Below are positions 1 through 9,537 of a DNA stretch of 64,000 nucleotides, in pieces. The first letter of the stretch is position 1. Each line of letters starts with the position of its first letter. Below the pieces are notes generated by a model. That model was not told where the DNA came from. It was given only the letters and a program-made list of their open reading frames with translations, and did not search any database. Source of the DNA: Fimbriimonadia bacterium (GTDB lineage Bacteria; Armatimonadota; Fimbriimonadia; Fimbriimonadales; JABRVX01); the NCBI GenBank assembly GCA_041483895.1, contig JBGPGO010000008.1, forward strand, positions 96,001 through 160,000. Direction: 5' to 3'. Both the position numbers and the translations under genes were made by a program.

Positions 1-1292
1 GCGTCGGTCGCCGTTCCGGTCACCGTGATGCTGCCGCCTGAAACGGTGGTGCCTGCGGTTGGCGCCGTGAGGTTGACGACCGGCTTCGTATTGTCCGATG
101 TCACGGTCACCTGGGCGGAACCCTGGTTGCCGGCTTTATCGAAAGCGGTGACCTTTACCGTGTGGCTGCCATCGGAGTAAATCGTGGTGTTCCAGGTGGA
201 CGCGATGGTCGTCGTTGTCCCGGTACTAGGCGTCAGACCGGACGTGCCGCCGTCCACCGTTACGTTGTAGTGGTCCAGATTCGTCTCATTGATTGTTCCG
301 TCGATGTTGACGGTACCTTTGACAAATCCGCTGCTGATGGGCGTAATCGCAAAGTTGACCGCCGGACCGATATTGTCCAGCGTGAAATTGCGAATTACCC
401 TGTTTTCGTTTCCGGAAGCGTCGACGAGGAGCAGGGTTAAGGCGCGGGAGCCGTCTGGCACGCCCAGCGCAACCGTATCCCACGTGAGGTCAATGGTCTG
501 GTTCGACCCTACTCCTGTGAATAGATTCGCCCCCAGGTCAGTTGTGACCGTCGTCGTCGCGCCCGCATCCGGGTGATGGGAGTCGCCCTTGATGCTGATC
601 GTTCCCTTCAAACCGGCGCCTTCCGTCGGCGCTGTCAGCCGGACAACAGGATTGGTAACGTTCTTGACGGTTAAACTTCGGGTAATGGTGGACTGGTCAC
701 CAAAGCTGTTGGTAACTGTCAATACAACAGTATGCGCGCCATCGCTAAGCACCGTTGAGTTGAGATCGGCGTTGATGCTGCCGGCCGAGCCGGAGGCCGC
801 ATTGGAAGTGCCGTCCCAGCGAAGGGTCCAACCGTCGCCTGCCTGGCCTTTCGCCCGTACCAGGCCGCCAACCGTGGCCGTATCCGTGGGATTTGTGAGC
901 TTAATGTAAGTAGCGTTGTTGACGATGAGGCTGGTTACGCTGTTTTGGCCACTCGACGGAACGGTGTCGGTGGCTGTCACTCGGATCTCCCAGTCGCTGT
1001 CGTCGGGGAATCCGCCCGCGTCCGTGTTCCATGTGGTGTTCACTGTGCCGTTCGTCTGCGATCCCGTCGAGACCTGGGTGTATCCAACGGCTTGGTTGGT
1101 GGATTTGACTTCCACAACCAAGTTCATGGTGCCGACGCCGCCACTCAAAGTGAACGTGATCTTGGCGGTCCCGCCGATCTTTCCACCAGTTGTCGGGTTA
1201 TTAATCGTTACGGACGGGATGGCTAGCGCGAGCGACGGAATCAGCGCCACCAGCGTAAGCCACAGATTTCGTACGTGCCTTCCTTTGGCCAT
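1..1292 (-). CDS. Secreted Ig-like (Big-domain) repeat surface protein, partial (runs off left edge; absent from ORF track)
   Basis: SD GGAGG upstream of ATG at 1292. Translation MAKGRHVRNLWLTLVALIPSLALA (signal peptide), then Thr/Val/Gly-rich repeats such as WDTVALGVPDGSRALTL, YSDGSHTVKVTAFDKAGN, DNTKPVVNLTAP. Confidence 0.85.
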   Translation of the reverse strand, partial: MAKGRHVRNLWLTLVALIPSLALAIPSVTINNPTTGGKIGGTAKITFTLSGGVGTMNLVVEVKSTNQAVGYTQVSTGSQTNGTVNTTWNTDAGGFPDDSDWEIRVTATDTVPSSGQNSVTSLIVNNATYIKLTNPTDTATVGGLVRAKGQAGDGWTLRWDGTSNAASGSAGSINADLNSTVLSDGAHTVVLTVTNSFGDQSTITRSLTVKNVTNPVVRLTAPTEGAGLKGTISIKGDSHHPDAGATTTVTTDLGANLFTGVGSNQTIDLTWDTVALGVPDGSRALTLLLVDASGNENRVIRNFTLDNIGPAVNFAITPISSGFVKGTVNIDGTINETNLDHYNVTVDGGTSGLTPSTGTTTTIASTWNTTIYSDGSHTVKVTAFDKAGNQGSAQVTVTSDNTKPVVNLTAPTAGTTVSGGSITVTGTATD

Positions 1293-1562
1293 TAGCTCAA
1301 CTCCTCCTGGTTCGGTTCTCCGACAATCGTCTAGTTCGACTTCGCCTGGGACAGAGAAACCCCTGCGGGTTTACCCAAATTTGTGAATAAATGGCAATAA
1401 CTGCTCGAAGTTGTTATCGGTAGACCTTGGAGTAGTTCTTTAGGTTTGAACGGGACGGTTACCTCGTGATTTGCGGTACAGTAAAGTGAACGTAATAGGT
1501 GTCGTCCAGCGTTCGAAGGGATCGGATGCGGACGCATTTTCGAGAATAGGGAGGAAAAATCG

Positions 1563-2207
1563 TTGAAATCTATCAATAAGATGCTTGCTGTCGTTGCTGT
1601 GGCGGCCGTCTCGATATCGGCATTTAGCCAGAGCATTGTCGCGAAAGACGACTGCACGGCTTGCAAATGGCTTGGCGACTTCATGTCGAAGTCCATGGCG
1701 CGCGGTATCACCGACGATATGGTCGTCCTGAAAAACGGCACGGCCTGGTTCTTCTTTGGCAAGACCGCGGCGGATGCCCAGTGGGTAGTGACCCAGTTCG
1801 AAGCCTTCGACAAGGCTGTTGCGGCTCCTGACGCCAAGTTCTGTGCGGACTGTACCGTGTTCGCGAATTTCGCGATGAACAAGGCGACCGTACAGGAAGT
1901 TACCAAGACGAAGACAGGCGCCATTTTCACGTTGGTCAATTCGGACAAAGCGGTCGCGGCTCCGTTCGTCAAGAAGATCACCGCAATGATGGCCGCTGAG
2001 AAGGCCGGCGCAGCCGAACCGACCGGTGGCACGAAGGCCGTCACCGTGTTCTTGGCCAAGGGTGATGGCATCACGACCTGTCCGGTTACCGGCCAACCGG
2101 TGAACAAGAACGTCAGCGCCGTCATTTTCGGCAAGACCATCTACTTCTGCTGTGGCAACTGCCCGGCAAAGGTCCAGGTCAACCCCGAGGCGTACGTCAA
2201 GAAGTAA
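1563..2207 (+). CDS. Exported protein with two CxxC motifs and a C-terminal YHS/TRASH-like metal-binding domain
   Basis: GGAGG SD before TTG; signal peptide; CTAC, CADC; C-terminal CPVTGQPV...YFCCGNC...NPEAYV. Confidence 0.75.
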   Translation: MKSINKMLAVVAVAAVSISAFSQSIVAKDDCTACKWLGDFMSKSMARGITDDMVVLKNGTAWFFFGKTAADAQWVVTQFEAFDKAVAAPDAKFCADCTVFANFAMNKATVQEVTKTKTGAIFTLVNSDKAVAAPFVKKITAMMAAEKAGAAEPTGGTKAVTVFLAKGDGITTCPVTGQPVNKNVSAVIFGKTIYFCCGNCPAKVQVNPEAYVKK

Positions 2208-2214
2208 TTCTGTC

Positions 2215-2423
2215 CCCTTCACAATAGGGATTGTGAAGGGAAACTGAATCCAGCCCCTTCACAGTACGACTGTGAAGGGATATCTGCTCGAATGTCGCTA
2301 TCTCCCTTCACAATCCCTATTGTGAAGGGAGAATTGGTTTCCGTTGATCGACGATGCGATCGTCAGGGAAAAGGAAACCCGCGCAGAAAAAGGAAATCCC
2401 CTCACAGTCCGACTGTGAGGGGA
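2215..2423. repeat. Cluster of four REP-like palindromes CCCTTCACART-N3-4-AYTGTGAAGGG
   Basis: Hairpins at 2215-2240, 2255-2279, 2301-2332 and a variant at 2397-2423, between convergent genes. Confidence 0.9.
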
Positions 2424-2430
2424 CGTTTAC

Positions 2431-5400
2431 CTACTTGCTGACCACAAGGGACTGGGGCGGGGAATAGGTGACGTTCTCCGGATTGTAGTACTCGTACACC
2501 TTGCTTGCCGGAGTGCGCGCGCGGAGCGGGTACTTCGCCTTCATCCGATAGGAGAACGTGACCGACTTGCCCTTCTCCAACTTGTCGAAGTACAGGATCG
2601 CCTGTCGGCCGGTCAGACTGAACTTCTGTATCTTTTTGGAAGACACGAGTTCGGCCAGGTCGCCGGCGATCACATCGAATCCGGGCGGCGTTCCGAGGTC
2701 CACAATCACCATGTTCGCCGCCACGCCGGGACCGTTGTAGATCACCCGAACATTGGAAGTCACGATGTCGTCTTTCGCCAGCTCATGCTTGTCGAAGTTG
2801 ACGTCGATATCCATCTCCTTCTTTTGGTCCGTGGCCTTGGCGCTCCATGGCGCATAGTAGATGCCGGTGATCTGATACATCGGCGTGCCCTTGCCCGCGT
2901 ACTCGATCCGCACTTCGTTCGCGCCGCCCTCCACGTATTGTTTGGCATCGAACTGCCGCACCACATCATAATCTTCCGGCGTGATGACGAAGGTGCCAAC
3001 CACCTTGTTGTTGACCAGCACGCGCCCCTCGCCGTTCATCTCTTTGCCTGCGGTCTTCATCGCGGTAATGAGGGCCTTTAGCGCGAACACGGTGGCTTGG
3101 GTCGAGTACCAGGTGCCGCTCGGGTCCTTGGACGAAATCAGGAATCCGATGCCCTTGTTGATCACGTCCGTGTGCCCGCCGGCCTTCATCAGCGCCAGCA
3201 GCGCGAGGGCGGTGGTCTCCACGTCGCCCGACTTGCCGCGGCTGTAAACCAATGTCTCGGTCTCGGAGTTGAAGTAGATCTTCTCTCTGTCGCGCTTCAT
3301 TGTCGCCAGCAGCATTTCGATGGCATTTGTTTTCTGCCCGGCGGCCAGTTGCGCGTTGGCGGTAAGGGCCAGCGCGTAGGCGTCGTTGACGCCTTTCAAG
3401 TTGCCGTTGAGCCATGCCAGCGCCTTCATCAAGGACGGGGACCTGCTGCCGCTTTCGGCCATTGCCCAGGCGATGTAGGCGGTGGTCTTGAACACGTCGT
3501 TCTGCCGATTGATCGCGCCTTCCGCGATGCCGCCCTGATCCGGATTCCAACTGCCGTTGCCGTTCTGTTTGGACTCGAGCCAGGATTGCGTCCGAGCCAG
3601 AAGCGCCGGATCGATGTTGTACACCTTGGCCATGTCTGAGAATTCCAGCAGGCCATAGGCTGTGAGGACCTTGTTGGCGGGCGCGTTCCCGAACCATTCG
3701 AATCCGCCGCCCTTGACCTCGAAACTGAGCAGCCGCTGGTAGCCCAGATTGATGTACTGCTCCGCCTTCATCTGAATCTCCGGCGTGATCTGCTTGGTCT
3801 GCTTCATGTAGTCCAACACCATCACGTTCGGATACGTGCTCGAGCTGGTCTGCTCGAAGCAGCCGCCCGGCATTTGGAATATCTTGTCCATTCCTTCCAG
3901 CACGGTCGCCATCAGGCCGGGATAGATTTTCACAATGACATTGGATGCGTCATTGATCGCGTTGTTCGGGAAGTCCACGGTCTTCTCGACTACGCCTCCC
4001 AGACGGTCGCTGAAACCGATGGTCTCGCGCCGACCGTCCGGCAGCACGTCGATCTCGCGGGTCATGGCATCCGACAGCCGGTCGCCTTTCGCCCGCACGA
4101 TCAGCTTGTGGCGGCCGAGACCGGTGACCTTGAAGCGGAAATAGACGGCGCGCACATCATTGGCGCCCATCGTCACAGATTGCGTGCGATCGCTGAGGAA
4201 TTCCATGCCGCCGCTCGATTCAATCTCCAGCGCGACGGTCTGCTTGCCCGGCAGGTAGTTGTAGACGGCAACCGGGATGCTCACCTCGTCGTTCTGCGTC
4301 AGCGCCACGGGGAGGTCTATGTCCACAAAGAAGTCCTGGAACACCTTGATCGGAGCGGTGGCGGAACCCATTTCGCCGTTGCGATTGACAGCGCTTAGGG
4401 TCGCGCGCCACGTCGTGATGGAGTCGGCCATGGGTACTTCAATCGTTGCTTTGCCAGTTTCGTCGGTGATGATGGCAGGGTTCCAATAGAGGGTTTCGGG
4501 GAAGTACTGCCGCATGCGCGGCTCTTGCGCGCCGCCCTGCTTTTTCTCGTCAACGGACCCATTGAAATTTGTCTTGCCCGCTGTTTCCCGCAGCAACATT
4601 CCTTCCGCAGCCGGTTTCGCGGCATTGGCGACCATTCCCAATCTTTCCTCGCCGGCAAATTCACCTCCACCGCCACCGAAGCCTCCGGCGCGGCCGCCGT
4701 CTTTGAACATTGTACGGATTCCGAAATCCCGATCTACTTCAATGGACGCGTACACAGCGGTGTATCCGCCAGGCGTATAGACGTAGGCGGCGATGTCATC
4801 AATCGTGTCGAATCGACCGTCAATCCCCGCCGACTGGATCGTGACGCCGGTATACCCGTCAGCAACCTGACCGCTGCCATTCCATACGTATCGCGGGATG
4901 CCGGCGAATCGATAGACGTGGCCCCATTGATCCTTGAGATCCGCCTGCGAAATCCAACCCCTTTGAACGCAGAGTCGCCAATCGGACTCTGTCATCGGGA
5001 CTCGGTGCTGTTCGGCGAAAGTCTTGCCCGTTTTCACAGAATATCGGGCCACAAATTGCTCTGTCGCGGATCGATAGGCTTCCGTCTTTGACTGGAGACG
5101 ATTCTTCCACTCTTGGAGGAACGGCTCGATCTTCTTGGCATAGCTGTTTTGCATGATCCCGGGCACGCCAACCGGTTCGGCTTGCGCGAACAGAGCTTTG
5201 GCCGCAAGCTGCGTGCCACCCGTATACTTGGCCGGCTCAAACATTCGTTCCGGCGTGATCGAGTGGATCTCATACCTGGGATGCAGCAGCTCCTGCTCCA
5301 AAAGGAAGTAGACGCGTTCCATGCCCGGATGCATCTCCTGCAGCGCAAACACGCTCTCGTCCACGATGCTGAGACCGATGGCGGACGCCCCCCGGCGGCC

Positions 5401-7137
5401 AACCTGGAGGACGAGCTTGGCGTTCTCGCCGGGGCGGTACGTCTGTTTGTCAGTCGTAATCGTTACGGCCAGATCGGTGGATGGAGAGACGAAAACCACA
5501 CGGCTGTCCCGAACAATCTGTCCCGCATAACTCAGACGATAGGCATGGATCCGAAGGGTGCCGGCAAGGTCTTCGGTCGGAGAAAACGTGATGCCCGCGA
5601 CCCCGCGCGAATCGGCGCGGGCGGTGCGCGTCAGCACGGTACGGCCGTCTTTGATAACGTCGAAATAGATGGTGCCGGTGGGGTCCGGCGTGGTGAGGCG
5701 GGCCTCGCAATAGAGCGGCCTGCCGGCGCGCACAAGAGAGGTGGCGGTGCGGAGGAGGATGCCGTCCGGCATCGCGTCCATCAGCACGTTGACCGTCGCC
5801 TTGCCTTCATTTCCCGCCTGGTCATGGCCGACGACGGAGACAGATTGGTTGGAGCCGGGACCGCCTACGAACACGCCGCGCGGAACACGGATCTCAACCA
5901 ATCCAGAGTCGTCCGTGATCCATTCCTGCTGTGCGAACCGTCCGTCGGGACCGGCCAGGCGCAATCGCGCGCCCGGAACCGGCTGCCCGTCCGGGGTGCT
6001 GGCGATCGCATAGAAGCCCATGTCCATCCCTGGGAGCATCGTTTTGCGCTCTGGGATCAGATTCAACAGGAGGGCCGAACCGGCGACCGGGACGGTCTTG
6101 GACATCGTCTGCTCGTGGTCCGCCGTGTCTGTCACCTTGACATCGATCTTGACCATGCCGGCGCCTTGGTCCAGCGGCTGGCCGACGAAGTGAGCGGGAA
6201 GGGTCTGATCGAAGTGGAAATGGCCCTCACCGTCGGTCTTTCCGCTGACGGTGGCAAATTCTGAGAATGTCACGTCGTAGGTAGAAAGCTTGACCTCGAC
6301 AGTGCCGCCGACGACGGGCTTGCCAAAGATGTAGTCGGTGTTGATATTGCCGCTCATCGCCTGACCGGGGGTGTAATATTCGTGGTCGGTCTTGACGGCG
6401 ATTTTGAACTTGGGCAGCACGTATCGATCGACGGTAACCGTTTTTTCCTCATCCGTGTTGCCGACCGTGGTGCGAATCTTGTACTGGCCCATGCTGATTT
6501 CGTCGGCCAATTGGAAGTCAGCGGAGACGATGCCGAACGGCGAGGTCTTGCCGATCTTCTTGAACACCTTGTTGCCTTTGGCATCTTCAATCTCCAGGGT
6601 CGTGTCGGTGTTCGCGGCGGGGCGTTTGTTGCCCGTCCACAAAGACAAAGCCCGGATGTGTATCATCTGTCCGGGCTGGTAAATCGGTTTGTCGGTTGTT
6701 ATCAGAATGCTTACCGGTTGCTGTACGATAACGGGCGATTCTAGTTGGTCGGTTTCGCCAATCGCGTCCACGCGGACCAGCATCGTGTAGTTTCCGGCTG
6801 GGACGCTCGGTGTGGTGAAGTCGGCGCTGGCGATGCCGTCGTTGCCGGTTCGGCCGGCGAAAAGGGCGTACTCTTTCCCCTTTTGGTCCTTTAGCCGAAT
6901 GTTGACCTGGGCGTTTTTCAGCTCTTCATTCGCCAAGTGATCGCGGCAGGAGACGCGCAGCGACGAGGCGCTGTCGGCGAGAAGGATGTTGGAGCCTAAT
7001 ATAACGGTTTCCAACCGTGGAACTTCGGAGGAGCCGAGGCCGGGCAGCAATACCGACGCGGCCGCCAAAAACGTGAAAAGAGTGACCTGCCACACTCGGC
7101 GTCGGATGCGGCTAATTTTGTGCATATTTGAGTCCAT
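2431..7137 (-). CDS. Alpha-2-macroglobulin family thioester protein
   Basis: MG-domain motifs TDKPIYQPGQ and YVLPKF; RQYFPETLYW; ADSITTWR; thioester motif GCFEQ (3850-3864); VETTALALLAL; WYSTQAT; C-terminal VYEYYNPE. Confidence 0.93.
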   Translation of the reverse strand: MDSNMHKISRIRRRVWQVTLFTFLAAASVLLPGLGSSEVPRLETVILGSNILLADSASSLRVSCRDHLANEELKNAQVNIRLKDQKGKEYALFAGRTGNDGIASADFTTPSVPAGNYTMLVRVDAIGETDQLESPVIVQQPVSILITTDKPIYQPGQMIHIRALSLWTGNKRPAANTDTTLEIEDAKGNKVFKKIGKTSPFGIVSADFQLADEISMGQYKIRTTVGNTDEEKTVTVDRYVLPKFKIAVKTDHEYYTPGQAMSGNINTDYIFGKPVVGGTVEVKLSTYDVTFSEFATVSGKTDGEGHFHFDQTLPAHFVGQPLDQGAGMVKIDVKVTDTADHEQTMSKTVPVAGSALLLNLIPERKTMLPGMDMGFYAIASTPDGQPVPGARLRLAGPDGRFAQQEWITDDSGLVEIRVPRGVFVGGPGSNQSVSVVGHDQAGNEGKATVNVLMDAMPDGILLRTATSLVRAGRPLYCEARLTTPDPTGTIYFDVIKDGRTVLTRTARADSRGVAGITFSPTEDLAGTLRIHAYRLSYAGQIVRDSRVVFVSPSTDLAVTITTDKQTYRPGENAKLVLQVGRRGASAIGLSIVDESVFALQEMHPGMERVYFLLEQELLHPRYEIHSITPERMFEPAKYTGGTQLAAKALFAQAEPVGVPGIMQNSYAKKIEPFLQEWKNRLQSKTEAYRSATEQFVARYSVKTGKTFAEQHRVPMTESDWRLCVQRGWISQADLKDQWGHVYRFAGIPRYVWNGSGQVADGYTGVTIQSAGIDGRFDTIDDIAAYVYTPGGYTAVYASIEVDRDFGIRTMFKDGGRAGGFGGGGGEFAGEERLGMVANAAKPAAEGMLLRETAGKTNFNGSVDEKKQGGAQEPRMRQYFPETLYWNPAIITDETGKATIEVPMADSITTWRATLSAVNRNGEMGSATAPIKVFQDFFVDIDLPVALTQNDEVSIPVAVYNYLPGKQTVALEIESSGGMEFLSDRTQSVTMGANDVRAVYFRFKVTGLGRHKLIVRAKGDRLSDAMTREIDVLPDGRRETIGFSDRLGGVVEKTVDFPNNAINDASNVIVKIYPGLMATVLEGMDKIFQMPGGCFEQTSSSTYPNVMVLDYMKQTKQITPEIQMKAEQYINLGYQRLLSFEVKGGGFEWFGNAPANKVLTAYGLLEFSDMAKVYNIDPALLARTQSWLESKQNGNGSWNPDQGGIAEGAINRQNDVFKTTAYIAWAMAESGSRSPSLMKALAWLNGNLKGVNDAYALALTANAQLAAGQKTNAIEMLLATMKRDREKIYFNSETETLVYSRGKSGDVETTALALLALMKAGGHTDVINKGIGFLISSKDPSGTWYSTQATVFALKALITAMKTAGKEMNGEGRVLVNNKVVGTFVITPEDYDVVRQFDAKQYVEGGANEVRIEYAGKGTPMYQITGIYYAPWSAKATDQKKEMDIDVNFDKHELAKDDIVTSNVRVIYNGPGVAANMVIVDLGTPPGFDVIAGDLAELVSSKKIQKFSLTGRQAILYFDKLEKGKSVTFSYRMKAKYPLRARTPASKVYEYYNPENVTYSPPQSLVVSK

Positions 7138-7405
7138 AGAAACTTCCTCTAACAGGGAGCTAGAGCCTTGCTTGCTAGTTAGAAGCTTGGGAGCAGAGAC
7201 AGGTTACACGTAGTCGCGGGCCAGCTTGCCGATACCCTTCCGTCCACCAACTCCAGGGGCCCGCGTTGGACCACGGCGGATGTGGAAAAACTGTTGGATA
7301 TCGGATATTTCGCCCCTCGCACGCGGGACATATGGTCGGCAATCCGATGCGGTATCACAATGCTGTCCCGCGCCTACAAAACATGGCCATTCCGTTATTC
7401 GGTAT

Positions 7406-7430
7406 CCCTTCACAGTCGCACTGTGAAGGG
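7406..7430. repeat. Fifth copy of the CCCTTCACAGT palindrome
   Basis: cccttcacagt-cgc-actgtgaaggg. Confidence 0.9.
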
Positions 7431-7437
7431 TGCCGCT

Positions 7438-7496
7438 GTGTTGGGGTCCTCGTCTACCGAATCATGACTCTCGCCATCAGCCCCAGACCCCAACAC
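7438..7496 (-). repeat. 58-59 bp hairpin element, copy 1
   Basis: gtgttggggtc-N37-gaccccaacac. Confidence 0.85.
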
Positions 7497-7507
7497 AATG
7501 CGTGGGC

Positions 7508-7972
7508 CTAATCATCCCTGTACTTCCATCGAAACAGCCAAATGAGGAAAAGGCCGAAGCCGATGCACATCACCGGCCAGAACATGGCCTGATACCAGGG
7601 ACCGGTTCTGTAAAAGTGACCATATCTTCCCGGCATGTAGTAGGTGAACACGCCGTCGATGTTGGTGCGCACATAATGTTGGATGTACGCCGCAGCGATC
7701 ACGAGGCCCGCGAGGATCGAAACGACACCGGAGGCGATCCCGACGACATACCCGGCCTGATATTGCCGCTCGCTTGCCTCAACCTCACTCCAACTCGCAT
7801 CGACGACCGGCGTTCGCTTCTGGACCCGAAACTTGAGGTCCTCGATCTGCATCGAGGACGGATGCCGCGCCGCCAGCACGTGCAGCATCCGCTCGGCCTC
7901 GTCGTACTTCCCCTTGGCAGCGAGCGATCGCACAACGGCCAATTCGGCGTCAAGCTCTTCCATTTGACTCAT
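7508..7972 (-). CDS. Hypothetical membrane protein with short N-terminal TPR-like helix pair and 2 TM segments
   Basis: AKGKYDEAERML; two hydrophobic segments; start taken at MSQMEE, overlapping the upstream stop. Confidence 0.6.
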   Translation of the reverse strand: MSQMEELDAELAVVRSLAAKGKYDEAERMLHVLAARHPSSMQIEDLKFRVQKRTPVVDASWSEVEASERQYQAGYVVGIASGVVSILAGLVIAAAYIQHYVRTNIDGVFTYYMPGRYGHFYRTGPWYQAMFWPVMCIGFGLFLIWLFRWKYRDD

Positions 7973-9041
7973 CCGTTTGCGGTTTTGACCGGAGGAGCTG
8001 ATTTGGCGGGACGTCAACCTCCTTGGAGCGGCGGAGCAGTTGGGCCGACTCGTCTTCGGGTTCTGCGGCGCGCAATAGCGTCGCTTGCTCTGATTGCCGC
8101 GCGGCCCGTCCGCGAACAGTCGCCAAAACGTCCGCAGCCCGCGCCCTCAATTCTTCAGGTCCAGACCGCGCGACCCGCTCCAATGAGCGGAGACAATCTT
8201 TTCCGCCCACCGCTGCCAAGGCCTCGAGTGCTCCTGATACGATGCTGGGATCTGAATCATCGATCAATTCGGTAAGCGCCTTCATGTCATGCTCCGACAA
8301 TTGGTCCGATTTGGTTGCGTCGACTTTCGGAAGCATCTTCAGAAGGGCGCTCCGGGCTTCTCTACGGAACCTCCTTTCCCGGTGGAGTCCTGCCATCGCC
8401 CCGACGAGGGCAGCGTCATTTGCACCGTCCAACAACTTGGCAATCTGCTTCCTTCTGGATCGAAACGCCGTGATACCGAGAATGTTCAGAATTATCCAGA
8501 TGCCATAGGAGCCTGGATTAGAGAACGTCGTCCAATCGTGATGCCAGAACCAGCCGACAAGCGACATGACGACGAATAGGCCAATCAATACCAATGGAAC
8601 AAAAACCAATCTCCCGCGGCTTATTGATTGCATCGCGCAGAGATCACGTGCGACGCTACGATATGCTTCTGCACTGCCGATGGCCCTAGCCACCTCGACT
8701 TTGCATTCGTAGAGATTATTGCCGGCGTCGATCATAGTTAGCAGATGTTCGCTTTCGGGAACATGACTTTTGAGGAGTGCGAGCTCAGCCTGCTTCACGG
8801 ATTGAACACCAGAGCTCATACGTACGAGGAAACTGCCTAGCGCCTTCAACGCTCCCCGATTGTTCAACGGCGGCGTTTCGATGATCAGGCTGCAGTCGGG
8901 ACATTCGAACATCGGCAAACCGGCTGGACGATTTTCCGCGGCGAGGTCCGATGACGCGTTGCAATTCGGGCAGATAGTCGGTTTTCCCACACATCCATTG
9001 TAACCGGTATTCCGGTAGTCGTACGCTCTAGTTTGCGCCAC
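7950..9041 (-). CDS. Membrane protein with N-terminal Zn-ribbon and C-terminal HEAT-like repeats (start uncertain, likely nearer 8990)
   Basis: CPNC...CPDC; two TM segments; DSDPSIVSGALEALAAVGG; TLLRAAEP..LLR tail. Confidence 0.65.
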   Translation of the reverse strand: MAQTRAYDYRNTGYNGCVGKPTICPNCNASSDLAAENRPAGLPMFECPDCSLIIETPPLNNRGALKALGSFLVRMSSGVQSVKQAELALLKSHVPESEHLLTMIDAGNNLYECKVEVARAIGSAEAYRSVARDLCAMQSISRGRLVFVPLVLIGLFVVMSLVGWFWHHDWTTFSNPGSYGIWIILNILGITAFRSRRKQIAKLLDGANDAALVGAMAGLHRERRFRREARSALLKMLPKVDATKSDQLSEHDMKALTELIDDSDPSIVSGALEALAAVGGKDCLRSLERVARSGPEELRARAADVLATVRGRAARQSEQATLLRAAEPEDESAQLLRRSKEVDVPPNQLLRSKPQTDESNGRA

Positions 9042-9107
9042 CTTACGTTTCTGTTGCTACGGAGTGCTGTCCTTGAGAAACTAACGCAAGCTAAAGCGTG
9101 CGACTAC
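9015..9107. repeat. GTAG-type REP inverted doublet (REPIN-like)
   Basis: gtagtcgtacgctctagtttgcg (9015-9037) and cgcaagctaaagcgtgcgactac (9085-9107); 20/23 complementary; same family as 35931-36053. Confidence 0.8.
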
Positions 9108-9168
9108 CACGATTAGACTGCCGGAGCCGGAAGCTCGTAGATGCCAATCCGCCATAATAGGTATGAAC

Positions 9169-9197
9169 TTGACTTTCCGGCCTCCGGTTGGTACAAT
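9169..9197 (+). promoter_or_regulatory. Sigma70-type promoter of the rpsU operon
   Basis: TTGACT-17 nt-TACAAT with extended -10 TG. Confidence 0.8.
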
Positions 9198-9232
9198 AAA
9201 CCTGCCGTGCGGCTGCCCGGAGGGTATTTTGC

Positions 9233-9290
9233 GTGTTGAGGTCAAGGTCGGTCGAATTCCGAAGATATTGGTGGCAGTGGACCTCAACAC
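9233..9290 (+). repeat. 58-59 bp hairpin element, copy 2 (in rpsU leader)
   Basis: gtgttgaggtc-N36-gacctcaacac. Confidence 0.8.
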
Positions 9291-9329
9291 ATCAGAACCT
9301 ACCGGGCGCGATAGGAGGAGTTTCGGAGT

Positions 9330-9497
9330 TTGATACATGTAAGCGTACAACAAAACGAATCGATCGATGCCGCCATTCGGCGCTTCAATCAGAAGCTGCA
9401 GCAAAGCGGCATTCTGAAAGAGCTCAAGGAACATGCTCACTATGAAAAGCCGAGCGAAAAGAAACGCAGGCTGCGAAGGCGTCGAGGCCGACGCTAG
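9330..9497 (+). CDS. rpsU: 30S ribosomal protein S21 (55 aa, below ORF-track cutoff)
   Basis: TTG start after AGGAGG; MIHVSVQQNESIDAAIRRFNQKLQQSGILKELKEHAHYEKPSEKKRRLRRRRGRR. Confidence 0.96.
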   Translation: MIHVSVQQNESIDAAIRRFNQKLQQSGILKELKEHAHYEKPSEKKRRLRRRRGRR

Positions 9498-9537
9498 CGC
9501 CCCCCTCCCCCAGGCCGTTCGCGGCTAATCCCTGATT

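Noticed and set aside
2215..2423. CRISPR array
   Set aside because: Irregular spacing, variable loops and inverted copies; no cas genes; fits REP-like palindromes
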